From an uncultured Chloroflexia bacterium (GTDB taxonomy: Bacteria; Chloroflexota; Anaerolineae; CG2-30-64-16): a DNA stretch of 64,000 bases. Position numbers and translations under genes: made by a program. The notes below the pieces were generated by a model that worked only from the letters and a program-made list of their open reading frames with translations, was not told the origin of the DNA and did not search any database. Of the stretch, positions 1 through 9,786 are shown piece after piece; positions within the stretch are counted from its first letter, which is position 1; each line of letters opens with the position of its first letter. The stretch is from the NCBI GenBank assembly GCA_963774265.1, contig CAVZDU010000001.1, positions 64,001-128,000 on the forward strand, in the 5' to 3' direction.

Positions 1-1041
1 TTCATCGAAGTGCATGTCGCCAAAAGTCGACGCATCAGCCGGCTGGCAGGGAAGGCCCTGCCGCACGTCATCACGACCAGCTATCTCACCCACGATCGCA
101 TCGCGGCATACCTGGCACGGGAAGACTACTACGGCGATGGCGGCCAGGTTCATCTATCGCCGGGCAGGGCTATCGGCCTACGCCTTGTTCCCATGGCGCG
201 CGATTTGCGTTTCGCGTGGGAGGAGCTGCCTCAGCAACTGCTTGATGAGCAGGCGCAAAAGGTCCGCGAAAGTCTCCACGCTGCGCTGATTGCCTGGGCA
301 CAGGGGATGGGCGAAGGTGGCGACTACACCGACAACCTTCCGCAACAATGCCTGCACCCGGTAGGGCATTGGTACGAGATACCGAATATGCTCAAGAACG
401 GCGTGTTAGCCCGGCTGCTGCGAGCGCAACCTGGCCTGCGGTACCTGATGGTCCACAATATCGACGCGCTCGGCACAGACGTCGACCCGGCGGTGTTGGG
501 CTGGGTGATGCAAAGCGAGGGCGCATTTACGGCCGAGGTTATCACGCGCAGCATCGAGGACCGTGGCGGCGGCTTGGCGCGCGTCGATGGGCGTCTCCGG
601 TTGCTCGAAGGGCTCGCAATGCCGCGCGAAGAAGACGAGTTCAGCCTCTCCTATTACAACTCGAACACAAGTTGGCTGCACGTCGACCGTGTGTTGGGTG
701 TCTTTGGCCTGACGCGTGAAATCGTGCTTGCCGCGGCTGAGGGCGACGCTGCCGCGGAAGAGAAGATCACTGCCGGCATCCGTCACGTCGCAGCGCGGAT
801 GCCCACCTACATCACCTTGAAGGATGTGAAGAAGCGCTGGGGGCACGGGCAAGAGGACATCTTCCCCGTGGCCCAGTTCGAGAAACTGTGGGGCGACATG
901 ACGGCCCTGCCGGAGCTGGCGTGTCGCTTCCTTGCTGTGCCACGGATGCGCGGGCAAAACCTGAAGGATCAGGCACAACTCGACGGTTGGCTCCGCGATG
1001 GATCAGCGGCCTATGTGGAGGCGCTCTGCGAATGGCAATGA
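1..1041 (+). CDS. UTP--glucose-1-phosphate uridylyltransferase-like protein (UDPGP family), 5'-truncated by window edge
   Basis: Frame open from base 1; motifs [39 protein letters not shown] resemble the UDPGP/UDP-sugar pyrophosphorylase family. Confidence 0.75.
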   Translation, partial: FIEVHVAKSRRISRLAGKALPHVITTSYLTHDRIAAYLAREDYYGDGGQVHLSPGRAIGLRLVPMARDLRFAWEELPQQLLDEQAQKVRESLHAALIAWAQGMGEGGDYTDNLPQQCLHPVGHWYEIPNMLKNGVLARLLRAQPGLRYLMVHNIDALGTDVDPAVLGWVMQSEGAFTAEVITRSIEDRGGGLARVDGRLRLLEGLAMPREEDEFSLSYYNSNTSWLHVDRVLGVFGLTREIVLAAAEGDAAAEEKITAGIRHVAARMPTYITLKDVKKRWGHGQEDIFPVAQFEKLWGDMTALPELACRFLAVPRMRGQNLKDQAQLDGWLRDGSAAYVEALCEWQ

Positions 1042-1073
1042 GGGCGACTCCCACCCTGGAGACATGAACGAAG

Positions 1074-1628
1074 ATGTTCATATTGCTTACGGGAAAAGGT
1101 GGCCATGGCAAGACCACGGCCTGTTGGAAAGCGCTGCCCGGCCTGCGCAGCGGCGGAATCAAGCTGGCCGGCTTCATCTCACCCCCCTTGCTGGACGCTG
1201 AGGGCAAGAAGACCGGCATCGAAATGCTGGATCTCGCCACGGGTGAGCATCATACCTTTGCGCGTGTGGTCGGGCGTGATCAGGACACCGACATTGGGGT
1301 TTACCGACTCGAGGCGGATGCGATCGATTGGGCGCGCGGCGTGCTTGCGGCCGCACTGCTGTCAGACATGGATTGGCTGGTGATCGACGAAATCGGCCCC
1401 TTGGAGTTGCATCGTGGGGGCGGCTTTGCCTTCGCGATCGAGCCGCTCGCCGATCCTGTACGCATCCCGAACGCGATCGTGATCGTTCGTCAGGAGCTGG
1501 TCAACGAGCTGGCCGAACGAATCGGTCGATCCGACATGATTCGCGTTGTTGTCACTGAAGGCGCCCGCGGCCAGGCCCCTGCGCAGCTTGTAAAGCTGGT
1601 GCGAGAGGCGCATAGCAGGACGAACTGA
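1074..1628 (+). CDS. Nucleoside-triphosphatase (THEP1/NTPase_1 family)
   Basis: Walker A LTGKGGHGKTT, Walker B LVIDEIGPLE. Confidence 0.8.
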   Translation: MFILLTGKGGHGKTTACWKALPGLRSGGIKLAGFISPPLLDAEGKKTGIEMLDLATGEHHTFARVVGRDQDTDIGVYRLEADAIDWARGVLAAALLSDMDWLVIDEIGPLELHRGGGFAFAIEPLADPVRIPNAIVIVRQELVNELAERIGRSDMIRVVVTEGARGQAPAQLVKLVREAHSRTN

Positions 1629-1646
1629 TCTTCGCAGGAGTGAGTA

Positions 1647-1877
1647 ATGCAAAATATGACCCCCTCCGAGAAATACGGCATTGCAGCCGCCCTCGGGCTG
1701 CTGGTGATGGTCATGATCAACAACGCGCTCTTGATGCTGGTGCTCTCAGTTATTGGCCTGGTCGCAGGCTTCTGGATCATCCGGCTGGGCGAGGTGAGGC
1801 GGGTGGCATTCGTTGCCTTCGCGGCGTTCGCAATCGCCGCCGTCTTTGCCGTGATCGGGCTGGTTCGCGCATCGTGA
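1647..1877 (+). CDS. Small hydrophobic membrane protein
   Basis: AGGAG RBS upstream; 76 aa, almost entirely hydrophobic; co-oriented in operon. Confidence 0.65.
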   Translation: MQNMTPSEKYGIAAALGLLVMVMINNALLMLVLSVIGLVAGFWIIRLGEVRRVAFVAFAAFAIAAVFAVIGLVRAS

Positions 1878-1936
1878 TTGCGCACACCGACATTGTGTGC
1901 GGATCGTGTTAGCATCCCCACTGAAGCGAGGGCCGC

Positions 1937-3535
1937 ATGAACCAAGGCGAAACTTCGGGGCAGGGACAAATCAATCCGGCGATCACCGTCATCTTCGGCG
2001 CCAGCGGTGATCTGACGCAGCGCAAGCTCATTCCCGCGCTCTACACGTTGTATGTCGAGGGCCGGCTGGGTGACCAGTTCGCGATTGTCGGGGTGGCTCG
2101 CAGCAACCTGGGGACAGGCAACACCGATGATGACGCCGCTGGCTTTCGCGAGCACTTGAGCGCATCCGCGCTCGAAAACGCGCGCGTCGGCGGCGCGGAA
2201 CCGGCCAAGTGGGAAGCGTTCTCAAAGCACCTCTACTACTGCCGCGGCGAGTACGGTGATGCAGCGACCTACGCCCGGCTCGCAGAGCTTCTGAGTGAGC
2301 TTGACGGTCAGCACAACACACATGGCAATCGGTTATTCTACCTCGCCATGCCGCCGCAGCTCTATACGACCGTTGTCGAGCAGCTCGGTCACGCGGGACT
2401 GGATCGCGGCAATGGGTTTGCGCGCATCATCATCGAAAAGCCTTTCGGCCACGACCTAGCCAGCGCACAGGATCTGAATCGTCGGGTCCACGAGGTCTTC
2501 GACGAGAGCCAGGTCTATCGCATTGACCACTACCTGGGCAAAGAGACCGTCCAGAATATCCTTGCCTTCCGGTTTGCCAACGCTATTTGGGAACCGCTGT
2601 GGAACCGCAACTACGTCGATCACGTTCAAATCACCGCATCCGAGACAGTGGGTGTCGAAGGTCGGGCGGGCTATTACGAAGGTGCGGGCGTGCTGCGTGA
2701 TGTGTTCCAAAACCATCTGCTTCAACTGTTATCCCTCGTGTGTATGGAGCCCCCCGCGGCAATTAACGCCAAATTCCTGCGCGACGAAAAGGTGAAGGTT
2801 CTGCAAGCGGTGCGGCCTTTGAAGCCAGAGGATGTGGTGAATAGCACGGTGCGAGGCCAATATCGGACCTACCGGGACGAAGTGGGTGTCGGCCGCGGCT
2901 CGGCAACAGCCACGTTTGGCGCCCTGAGTCTCTTTGTCGATAACTGGCGTTGGCAGGGTGTACCGTTCTACCTGCGCTCCGGAAAACTGCTGCCGGCTAA
3001 GGTCACCGAGATCACCGTTCAGTTCAAGGATGTGCCCCACCAGTTGTTCCCGCGAGAGACGAACGGAAATCCGCCCCAGGGCGGCCAGGGCAGCGGTGCG
3101 CCACACGCCAACTTTCTCAGTCTCTGCATACAGCCGGACGAAGGCGTCCATCTTCGCATCGAGACAAAAATGCCCGGCCAGGGTATGCGCATGCGGTCGG
3201 TCGAGATGGAATTTCATTTCGGCCAGGAGTTCGGAACCGCGGCGCTGCCTGATGCCTATGAGCGGCTCATTCTCGATGCAGTCGCGGGCGACGCCGCGCT
3301 GTTCGCTCGGGCGGACGAGATCGAGTTGAGTTGGCAGATTATCGATCCGATCGAGGCCGGCTGGGATCAAGGGACCAGCCCAGTCGCAGGCGAATGGCAG
3401 GTTGTTAGCGCGCCGCCACTCGAATTCTACGAACAGGGCACCTGGGGCCCGTTGGGTGCGGATCAGCTGATGACGCGTACAGGACGGCACTGGCGGCTTG
3501 GTTGCGCCGCCGATCTGCACCGGGCAGATCGGTGA
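1937..3535 (+). CDS. zwf: Glucose-6-phosphate 1-dehydrogenase
   Basis: GASGDL NADP-binding motif, [14 protein letters not shown] signature, [13 protein letters not shown]. Confidence 0.97.
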   Translation: MNQGETSGQGQINPAITVIFGASGDLTQRKLIPALYTLYVEGRLGDQFAIVGVARSNLGTGNTDDDAAGFREHLSASALENARVGGAEPAKWEAFSKHLYYCRGEYGDAATYARLAELLSELDGQHNTHGNRLFYLAMPPQLYTTVVEQLGHAGLDRGNGFARIIIEKPFGHDLASAQDLNRRVHEVFDESQVYRIDHYLGKETVQNILAFRFANAIWEPLWNRNYVDHVQITASETVGVEGRAGYYEGAGVLRDVFQNHLLQLLSLVCMEPPAAINAKFLRDEKVKVLQAVRPLKPEDVVNSTVRGQYRTYRDEVGVGRGSATATFGALSLFVDNWRWQGVPFYLRSGKLLPAKVTEITVQFKDVPHQLFPRETNGNPPQGGQGSGAPHANFLSLCIQPDEGVHLRIETKMPGQGMRMRSVEMEFHFGQEFGTAALPDAYERLILDAVAGDAALFARADEIELSWQIIDPIEAGWDQGTSPVAGEWQVVSAPPLEFYEQGTWGPLGADQLMTRTGRHWRLGCAADLHRADR

Positions 3536-3553
3536 GTACCAAGGGCATGGGCA

Positions 3554-4312
3554 ATGGAACTGATCGTGCGGACCGATGTCGAGGCGCTGGCACAGGCAGC
3601 GGCTGAACGCATTCTGACCGCGGCAGCGGCTGCGATTGCCGACCGCGGCCGGTTCACCATCGCGCTGGCAGGTGGCTCGACGCCCGCGGCCCTGTACCGG
3701 CTGCTGGCCGCGCCTTCCCATGTCGCTCGGCTCGATTGGCTGGCCACGGAGGTCTTCTTCGGGGACGAACGATGCGTGCCGCCGGACCACGAGTGGAGCA
3801 ATTATGCGATGGCCTGGCGTTCGCTGTTACGCCATGTGCCTTTGCCGCCTGAGCAGCTCCATCGCATGCGTGGCGAGCTCCCCCCTGCCGTTGCGGCGGA
3901 GAGTTATTCTCGAATCCTGACGCACACCATCGATTCAGCGGGAGCGCCCTGGCCTCCCCTTGATGTAATTCTCCTCGGCATGGGCGAGGATGGCCACACC
4001 GCTTCCCTCTTCCCCGGCATGGCAGTTCTGGCTGAACGCAGCACGGCGGTCGTGGCGACGGAGGTCCCGTCGTACGTACGCCCTCAGGTGCCGCGGGTGA
4101 CCCTGACGCTGCCCGTTCTCAATGCTGCACGCGAGGTCATGTTCCTGGTCGCCGGCGAGGGCAAGGCCGGGATGATTGAGCGAGTGTTGAAAGGTGACCA
4201 GTCGGGGGAAGGCGAGGATGGGCGGGCGCCAGCCGCGCGGGTGCGACCTTCCCATGGCCAGTTGTCGTGGTTTCTGGATCAAGCGGCTGCATCTCTGCTG
4301 CAGCAGGAGTAA
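3554..4312 (+). CDS. pgl: 6-phosphogluconolactonase
   Basis: LAGGSTP, GDERCVPPDH, LGMGEDGHTASLFP; follows zwf. Confidence 0.95.
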   Translation: MELIVRTDVEALAQAAAERILTAAAAAIADRGRFTIALAGGSTPAALYRLLAAPSHVARLDWLATEVFFGDERCVPPDHEWSNYAMAWRSLLRHVPLPPEQLHRMRGELPPAVAAESYSRILTHTIDSAGAPWPPLDVILLGMGEDGHTASLFPGMAVLAERSTAVVATEVPSYVRPQVPRVTLTLPVLNAAREVMFLVAGEGKAGMIERVLKGDQSGEGEDGRAPAARVRPSHGQLSWFLDQAAASLLQQE

Positions 4313-4315
4313 CGG

Positions 4316-4765
4316 ATGGGCAAACGCGGTGAGGGTTGGTTTCTGCTTCAGATGATCCTGTTTGCTGTCATCCTGGTTATCCCACGGATCTTCGCCGTGG
4401 CGTTCCCTCTCTGGTTGCAAGGGCTCGGAATCCTGTTGTTGGTTGCGGGCGCCCTATTCGGTACGTGGGGTATGATCGCGCTTGGGCGTAACCTGACGCC
4501 TTTCCCGAAACCCATCGAAGACGGTATACTCGTGACCACTGGGCCGTACGCGTGGGTGCGCCATCCGATCTACACGGGCTTGATCCTGGGCACACTTGGT
4601 TGGGCACTGTTTCGCGCTAACCTGGTTGGCGTGGCGCTGGCTGTGGCGTTGTTCGTCTTTTTCGACCTCAAGTCACGGCAGGAAGAGCGCTGGCTCGTTG
4701 AAGCCTACGGGGGCTACACCGAATACCAAAGCCGCGTCCACAAGCTGATCCCCTGGGTTTATTAA
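4316..4765 (+). CDS. Isoprenylcysteine carboxylmethyltransferase (ICMT/PEMT) family membrane protein
   Basis: LVTTGPYAWVRHPIYTG, EERWL, YxEYQSRV motifs. Confidence 0.85.
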   Translation: MGKRGEGWFLLQMILFAVILVIPRIFAVAFPLWLQGLGILLLVAGALFGTWGMIALGRNLTPFPKPIEDGILVTTGPYAWVRHPIYTGLILGTLGWALFRANLVGVALAVALFVFFDLKSRQEERWLVEAYGGYTEYQSRVHKLIPWVY

Positions 4766-4801
4766 GAAGGGGGGGCTGAACCGTATCAGCCCCCCCTTCT
4801 T
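4764..4801. terminator. Hairpin between convergent genes, probable bidirectional terminator
   Basis: aagaagggggggctga-accgta-tcagcccccccttctt, perfect 16-bp stem. Confidence 0.8.
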
Positions 4802-5511
4802 CACATCCAGCCCTGCTGCTTTGCGAAGTCCGTCAGGAATGGCAGCGTAACGCGCTTGCCGCTGTACGCCTGGAATGCGTAGTACAACCCCAACGCATGC
4901 GGCACGAGGAAGATCGGCCACAAGCAGATCGCACCACAGCCGGCCGTCACCGCGGTCAAGATGGAGAACACCACCGTCGCCAGGATTTCGTACACGATCC
5001 CAGCACCGTAGAAGAGCAGCGATGTGATCGCATGATGTCGCTGGAACGGCCTATCCTTCGTGTTGGCTGACAACAACTGGATGACCGATACGATGGGCAG
5101 TTGCAGGATCACCATCGACAGCCAGGCCAGCGCCGCCAACAGCCGGTCGTCATCACTCCCCTCGCGCACGACTGCCGCGCTGCCCTTAGACGCCTCTTGA
5201 CCCGACGTAGGCGGGGCAGCAGTGAGTACGAGCGGCTCATTCACCGGTTCTGGCGTCTCCCAGGTGGGCGTCTCGGCGAGAGGCGTCTCGGCGAGAGGCG
5301 TTTCGGTCGGCTCCTCTGCTGTCGGCGGCAAGAGCTCGTCCTGCAAATCACGCAACCCCTGGGTAATCGTGTCAGCGGTTTCGTCGAGCCTTTCCGCAAT
5401 TCGATCCACCGGCTCCTCAGGCACAATCGGCGCATCCTCCGATGACCACGACTCGCGACCTTCTTCAGGTGCGGGCTCGGGCGGAATATCTTTGCGTTCT
5501 TCGTCAGACAT
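4801..5511 (-). CDS. DUF4870/Tic20-like membrane protein with acidic Pro/Glu-rich N-terminus
   Basis: DDDRLLAALAWL...RPFQRHHAITSL...YYAFQAYSGKRVTLPFL; start MSDEE after AAGGAG RBS. Confidence 0.75.
   Translation of the reverse strand: MSDEERKDIPPEPAPEEGRESWSSEDAPIVPEEPVDRIAERLDETADTITQGLRDLQDELLPPTAEEPTETPLAETPLAETPTWETPEPVNEPLVLTAAPPTSGQEASKGSAAVVREGSDDDRLLAALAWLSMVILQLPIVSVIQLLSANTKDRPFQRHHAITSLLFYGAGIVYEILATVVFSILTAVTAGCGAICLWPIFLVPHALGLYYAFQAYSGKRVTLPFLTDFAKQQGWM
5267..5306. repeat. 15-bp tandem repeat (2.7 copies) encoding ETPLA
   Basis: ggcgtctcggcgaga x2 plus ggcgtttcgg. Confidence 0.85.
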
Positions 5512-5680
5512 CTCTCTTCTCCTTTGTATCTCTCTACGCAACTCCGGGTACTAAGTTTCACTGTACAGTCGGATGCGGGCGATTCAGCAGTCCGGTTGGC
5601 TATGCAACCTGCTCAGAATCGGTGCGTATAGAAAGCTAAGAATGATCATTGTGATGCAGCCTTACTGAGGAGGATTTATC

Positions 5681-6313
5681 ATGAACAACAGTCGTACAGG
5701 GGCCCTGGCGGTGGGCGCACTCCTGGTGGCTTTCGGTGTTTTGTTCCTGTTGCAGAACTTCGGCGTATTTGGCAGAGTCGAAAACCTGGTCTGGCTGGTC
5801 CTGTTCGGCGCAGGCGGCCTGGCTTTCCTATATGTGTTCGCATCGAACCAACAGCAGTGGTGGGCGGTGATTCCCGGCTTCGTGCTGCTGGGACTGGGCA
5901 TGCTCATCGGCTTCGGCGACAGGCTCGGGCCCTGGGGCGGCGCACTGTTCCTGGGCAGCATCGGCCTGGCCTTCTGGGTGATCTACTTTGTGCGGCGCGA
6001 CTTCTGGTGGGCCGTCATTCCGGGCGGTGTACTGGTGACATTGGCGGCTGTCGCTGCGCTGGGGGAGAATCTGCCGGGCATGGCTGCCGGCGGCATCTTC
6101 TTCTTGGGTCTTGCACTGACATTCGCCCTGGTGTACCTTCTGCCCACTGAGGAGGGCCGGCAGCGCTGGGCAGCCATCCCTGCCCTCGTGTTGGGGGTCA
6201 TCGGCCTTCTGCTGACCCTATCGCTCGGTGGCATCATCAATTATGTATGGGCAATCGGCCTCATCGTGGCCGGCGTGTATCTGCTAACCCGCTCCAGGCT
6301 ATTTCAGCGCTGA
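5681..6313 (+). CDS. Multi-pass membrane protein, LiaF/LiaI-like TM region
   Basis: GAGGAGG RBS; LLVAFGVLFLLQNFG start; repeated WWAVIPG. Confidence 0.7.
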   Translation: MNNSRTGALAVGALLVAFGVLFLLQNFGVFGRVENLVWLVLFGAGGLAFLYVFASNQQQWWAVIPGFVLLGLGMLIGFGDRLGPWGGALFLGSIGLAFWVIYFVRRDFWWAVIPGGVLVTLAAVAALGENLPGMAAGGIFFLGLALTFALVYLLPTEEGRQRWAAIPALVLGVIGLLLTLSLGGIINYVWAIGLIVAGVYLLTRSRLFQR

Positions 6314-6337
6314 ATCGCGCTATCTGAGGAGGGATTT

Positions 6338-7267
6338 GTGAACGAGCAACGGCATTATCGTGGGGGCTTCGTGTGGCCCATCATCCTGATCGGCGCAGGA
6401 CTGGTTTTCCTGCTGAACAACCTCGGGGTCATCGGTTGGGGCATCTGGGACACTCTGCTCCGGCTTTGGCCCATCCTGTTGATCGCGGCGGGACTGGACT
6501 TGCTGGTGGGGCGGCGTTTCCCGCTCGGCTCTGCACTCCTGGCGCTTCTGCTGATAGTCGTGCTGGTTCTGGCGGTCCAGGGGACGCTCACGTTGCCGGC
6601 CGTCGCTGGCAACGCCGGAGTGGACCGCACCGAAACGATCAGCCAGGATCTGGGCAGCGAGGAACGCGCTGCGGTCGACATCAAGTTCGGCACAGGCAAT
6701 CTCAACATCGCCGCCCTCAGCGAAGGCAGCAGCCAACTGGTGCAGGGCAAGGCCGACCTGAGCCGCGACGAGCGCCTGAACGACAGCTTCCGCGCCAGCA
6801 ACGGTGTTGACTATTACACCCTTGAGAGCCAGGGTTCCTGGTCGTGGGGCACCCAGGTCTTCACTGATAATGGCAAGAACTGGGATCTGGGCTTGAACCG
6901 GGACATTCAACTCGATCTCGAAGTCGATGCGGGCGCCGGGAAGTCGACGCTGGATCTAGCAGCTCTCAACCTTCGCCGCTTCAAGCTCGATGGCGGTGTG
7001 GGCCAGGTGACGGTGAAGCTGCCGGTGCGTGGCCGATATGACATGACCATCGACGGCGGCGTTGGCCAGATGATCCTGATGGTTCCCCAAGGGCTGGGCG
7101 CACGCGTGCGCGTCGACGGAGGGCTCGGGGGCGTGGATGTCCAGGGCGACTTCCGCAAGCAGGGCGACGAGTATATCACCGACAACTACAACACTGCTGA
7201 GAACCGCGCGACCCTTGAGGTCAATGGTGGCGTTGGCCAAATAGTCATCAAGACGCTGAGCGAGTAG
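6338..7267 (+). CDS. LiaF-like (DUF5668) membrane protein with toast-rack beta domain
   Basis: WPIILIGAGLVFLLNNLG...LWPILLIAAGLDLL; C-terminal DGGVGQ repeats. Confidence 0.75.
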   Translation: MNEQRHYRGGFVWPIILIGAGLVFLLNNLGVIGWGIWDTLLRLWPILLIAAGLDLLVGRRFPLGSALLALLLIVVLVLAVQGTLTLPAVAGNAGVDRTETISQDLGSEERAAVDIKFGTGNLNIAALSEGSSQLVQGKADLSRDERLNDSFRASNGVDYYTLESQGSWSWGTQVFTDNGKNWDLGLNRDIQLDLEVDAGAGKSTLDLAALNLRRFKLDGGVGQVTVKLPVRGRYDMTIDGGVGQMILMVPQGLGARVRVDGGLGGVDVQGDFRKQGDEYITDNYNTAENRATLEVNGGVGQIVIKTLSE

Positions 7268-7293
7268 ATTTCGGAACCGTAGAATCTGACTTT

Positions 7294-7340
7294 GCGGTGC
7301 GACTTGCCCGATTGAGGCAGCTCGCACCGCTTTGTTTTTT
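7294..7340 (+). terminator. Rho-independent terminator
   Basis: gcggtgcga...tcgcaccgc stem followed by tttgtttttt. Confidence 0.8.
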
Positions 7341-7479
7341 CAGTTTCTCTTGTTCTACAAGTGGCCGCTGAAATACATTGGCCTGGGCGAGTTGGCCGTC
7401 ATCGTCGTGTGAGGACCGCTAATGGTCGGCGGTGGCTATTTTGATTGATGACTGCTCGCACAATGGGTCGGGCCGAGTC

Positions 7480-8454
7480 CTATTTGCGAGTAGTCAAATG
7501 TCCGTAGCGCGCCGGCACTCGCCACGGCGCGACAATCGGTGACAGGAAGCGGATATCGGGGCGGTTCTTGAGGTGCTGGCGCTGCTTCAGAGCACCGCCG
7601 AGTGCCGCCAATCCCGCGATGCGCCCCCGCAAGGCGTGGCCATCGCGCCTTGCGACCAGTGCATAAAAAACCGCTAGCAGATCATATATCACAACCAGCG
7701 GCACACCCCACCATAGCTCACGGACCGGGTAATTCTTAGCGAGCAGCCGCACCTTATTTCTTCCCAATTGGTATCGCTTGAAGGGAGATCCCTCTACGCC
7801 CGTGGCAGAGTGGCGATGGAGCACACGCGCCTGCGGTGTGTAAAAGCAACGCCAGGCGCGTGCCCGGCCTCGCCAGGCCAGGTCTACATCCTCCAGATAG
7901 GCAAAATACGCTTCATCAAACAGGCCGATTTCATCCAGCATTTGTCGACGATAGAGCGCGGCGCCGCCACATGGCCCAAAAATCTCGACAATATGGGTCT
8001 CGTCGCCTGCGTCCAACTCACCCCCGCGACGATCCCATGCGATTCCCGCCAGATCGACGCAGATGCCTGTCGAGTTGATGACTTCTGGTCGATCAGCGAA
8101 AAGCATTTTGCTTGCCACCATGCCAACATGTGGTTGTGATTCGGCGGCTGCCAACAAAGCAGCGAGCCAGCCCGGCTCAGGTTCAGTGTCGTTATTGAGG
8201 ACGGCGACATAGGGCGATGCGCTGTTACGAATACCCTGATTCACCGGTGCAGCGAATCCCAGGTTTTCTTTGTTTTCGATGACACGGATCTGGGGGTGAT
8301 GCTGGCTCAGCCACTCAGCGGTGCCGTCAGATGAGCCGTTATCCACAACCACGATGGCAAAGTCCTGCTCAGCCTGAACGCGCAACGCTTCGAGGCAAGT
8401 TTGCAGCAGAGCCCGGCCATTCCAAGTCGGTATTACGACTGTGACGAGAGGCAT
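7480..8454 (-). CDS. Glycosyltransferase family 2 (WbbL/rhamnosyltransferase-like)
   Basis: VVIPTWNG, VVDNGSSDGT, LNNDT, YLEDVDL. Confidence 0.9.
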   Translation of the reverse strand: MPLVTVVIPTWNGRALLQTCLEALRVQAEQDFAIVVVDNGSSDGTAEWLSQHHPQIRVIENKENLGFAAPVNQGIRNSASPYVAVLNNDTEPEPGWLAALLAAAESQPHVGMVASKMLFADRPEVINSTGICVDLAGIAWDRRGGELDAGDETHIVEIFGPCGGAALYRRQMLDEIGLFDEAYFAYLEDVDLAWRGRARAWRCFYTPQARVLHRHSATGVEGSPFKRYQLGRNKVRLLAKNYPVRELWWGVPLVVIYDLLAVFYALVARRDGHALRGRIAGLAALGGALKQRQHLKNRPDIRFLSPIVAPWRVPARYGHLTTRK

Positions 8455-9782
8455 GAATCATAAATCTCGACCAGGCGGTCGATGTGTTGTTCCACCGACA
8501 AGATCGGAGCTGACCCGGGCAAATGAAGGTTCGTCAGCAACTCGGGCTGATCCGCAAGTCGAATGAAAAGCGCAGCGAGAGCTTCTGTGTCGCCCGGTGG
8601 CGTCAGGAACCCATTGACCCCATCTTCCACCACCTCCGGCAGTGCCCCGATCCGCGCCGCAACAACGGGCTTGCCGCGCAGCAGGGCCTCTCGAGCCACC
8701 AGCGAGAAGCTCTCGTGGGCGAGGGAGGGAATCACCAGGACGTCGATTTCGTTGTATGCCCGATCCTTGTCCCCTGGTTGGAACGGACCGGCGAAAATAA
8801 TTCTTTCGTCGCTCGCAGCAAGCTGGCGAAGGGAACGTGAAAAGGCAGGAATGATATCCTCGCGACCGTAAAAGGTAAGCCGGAGCTCCGGGTGTCGCGC
8901 GGCTTTGAATGCGTGGACCAGGACCTCCGACCCCTTCCAGGGCAAGATAGAGCCGACGAACGCAAGGCGCAGCGGTCGGCCCGGCGCGATGCTGGAAGGC
9001 GGCGCCGCCGGCTTTTCCATCCCCAGCGGCAGCACTGCAATGTGGTTACCGCGGTATCCGTTGTCCTGCAGCATCCGCTTGACGAACTGTGACGGTACAA
9101 CGATCCGTCCCGTCCCCTCCAACGCCCGTCGAAACAACTCATAACGTTGGTCCAACACCTTGGGTGTGGCCTGCATGTCGGGAAGGAAGTAATCATCCTT
9201 TGTAAGAAGGCGTCGCAGCCACGTGCGCAGTCTGAAGGGAACCACATTGCGTAATGTTGAAATGGCAACGGTACGCGCGTGTTTGGCCGGCGTGGGGGAG
9301 GTAATGCAGGTATAGCATTGGCCACCCCTCGCCGGCCCTGGGCAGGCCTGCTTGAGCCAGTTATGGAGGTAAATCCGTTGACACAGGGCCCAGAAGTCGT
9401 GCGCGGTGAACAGGCTCGGAATGCCGCGCGCGGCGGTGATGAGTGGCAGCCGCGCCGAAAGCGCTATCAGGTGGTTGAAATGCACCAGGTCAGGCTGCAA
9501 CCGATCCAGCAGGGTGCTAAAAACCTGCTCGATCTGAGGGTCGGCGAAGATATCGGCAAACGAATGAATCTTCCTGTAATTGTTGACGAGCCGAAACAGC
9601 GCAATCTCGTCCATGCGTTCTTCAAGGAGTTCGTAGTCTGCTTGGTCCGGCTGACCCTGGGCACACATGACAGATACGGTGTTTCCTCGTGCCTGCAATG
9701 ACTGCGCCAGGCCAGCCGTATAGACTTCGACCCCTCCAATCGCATAGGGTGGATAACCGTTTGCCACCAACAATATTTTCAA
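8433..9782 (-). CDS. Glycosyltransferase family 4
   Basis: KILLVANGYPP..GGVE, TAHDFW, PSLAHESFSLVAREA. Confidence 0.9.
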   Translation of the reverse strand: MKILLVANGYPPYAIGGVEVYTAGLAQSLQARGNTVSVMCAQGQPDQADYELLEERMDEIALFRLVNNYRKIHSFADIFADPQIEQVFSTLLDRLQPDLVHFNHLIALSARLPLITAARGIPSLFTAHDFWALCQRIYLHNWLKQACPGPARGGQCYTCITSPTPAKHARTVAISTLRNVVPFRLRTWLRRLLTKDDYFLPDMQATPKVLDQRYELFRRALEGTGRIVVPSQFVKRMLQDNGYRGNHIAVLPLGMEKPAAPPSSIAPGRPLRLAFVGSILPWKGSEVLVHAFKAARHPELRLTFYGREDIIPAFSRSLRQLAASDERIIFAGPFQPGDKDRAYNEIDVLVIPSLAHESFSLVAREALLRGKPVVAARIGALPEVVEDGVNGFLTPPGDTEALAALFIRLADQPELLTNLHLPGSAPILSVEQHIDRLVEIYDSCLSSQS

Positions 9783-9786
9783 CTGC

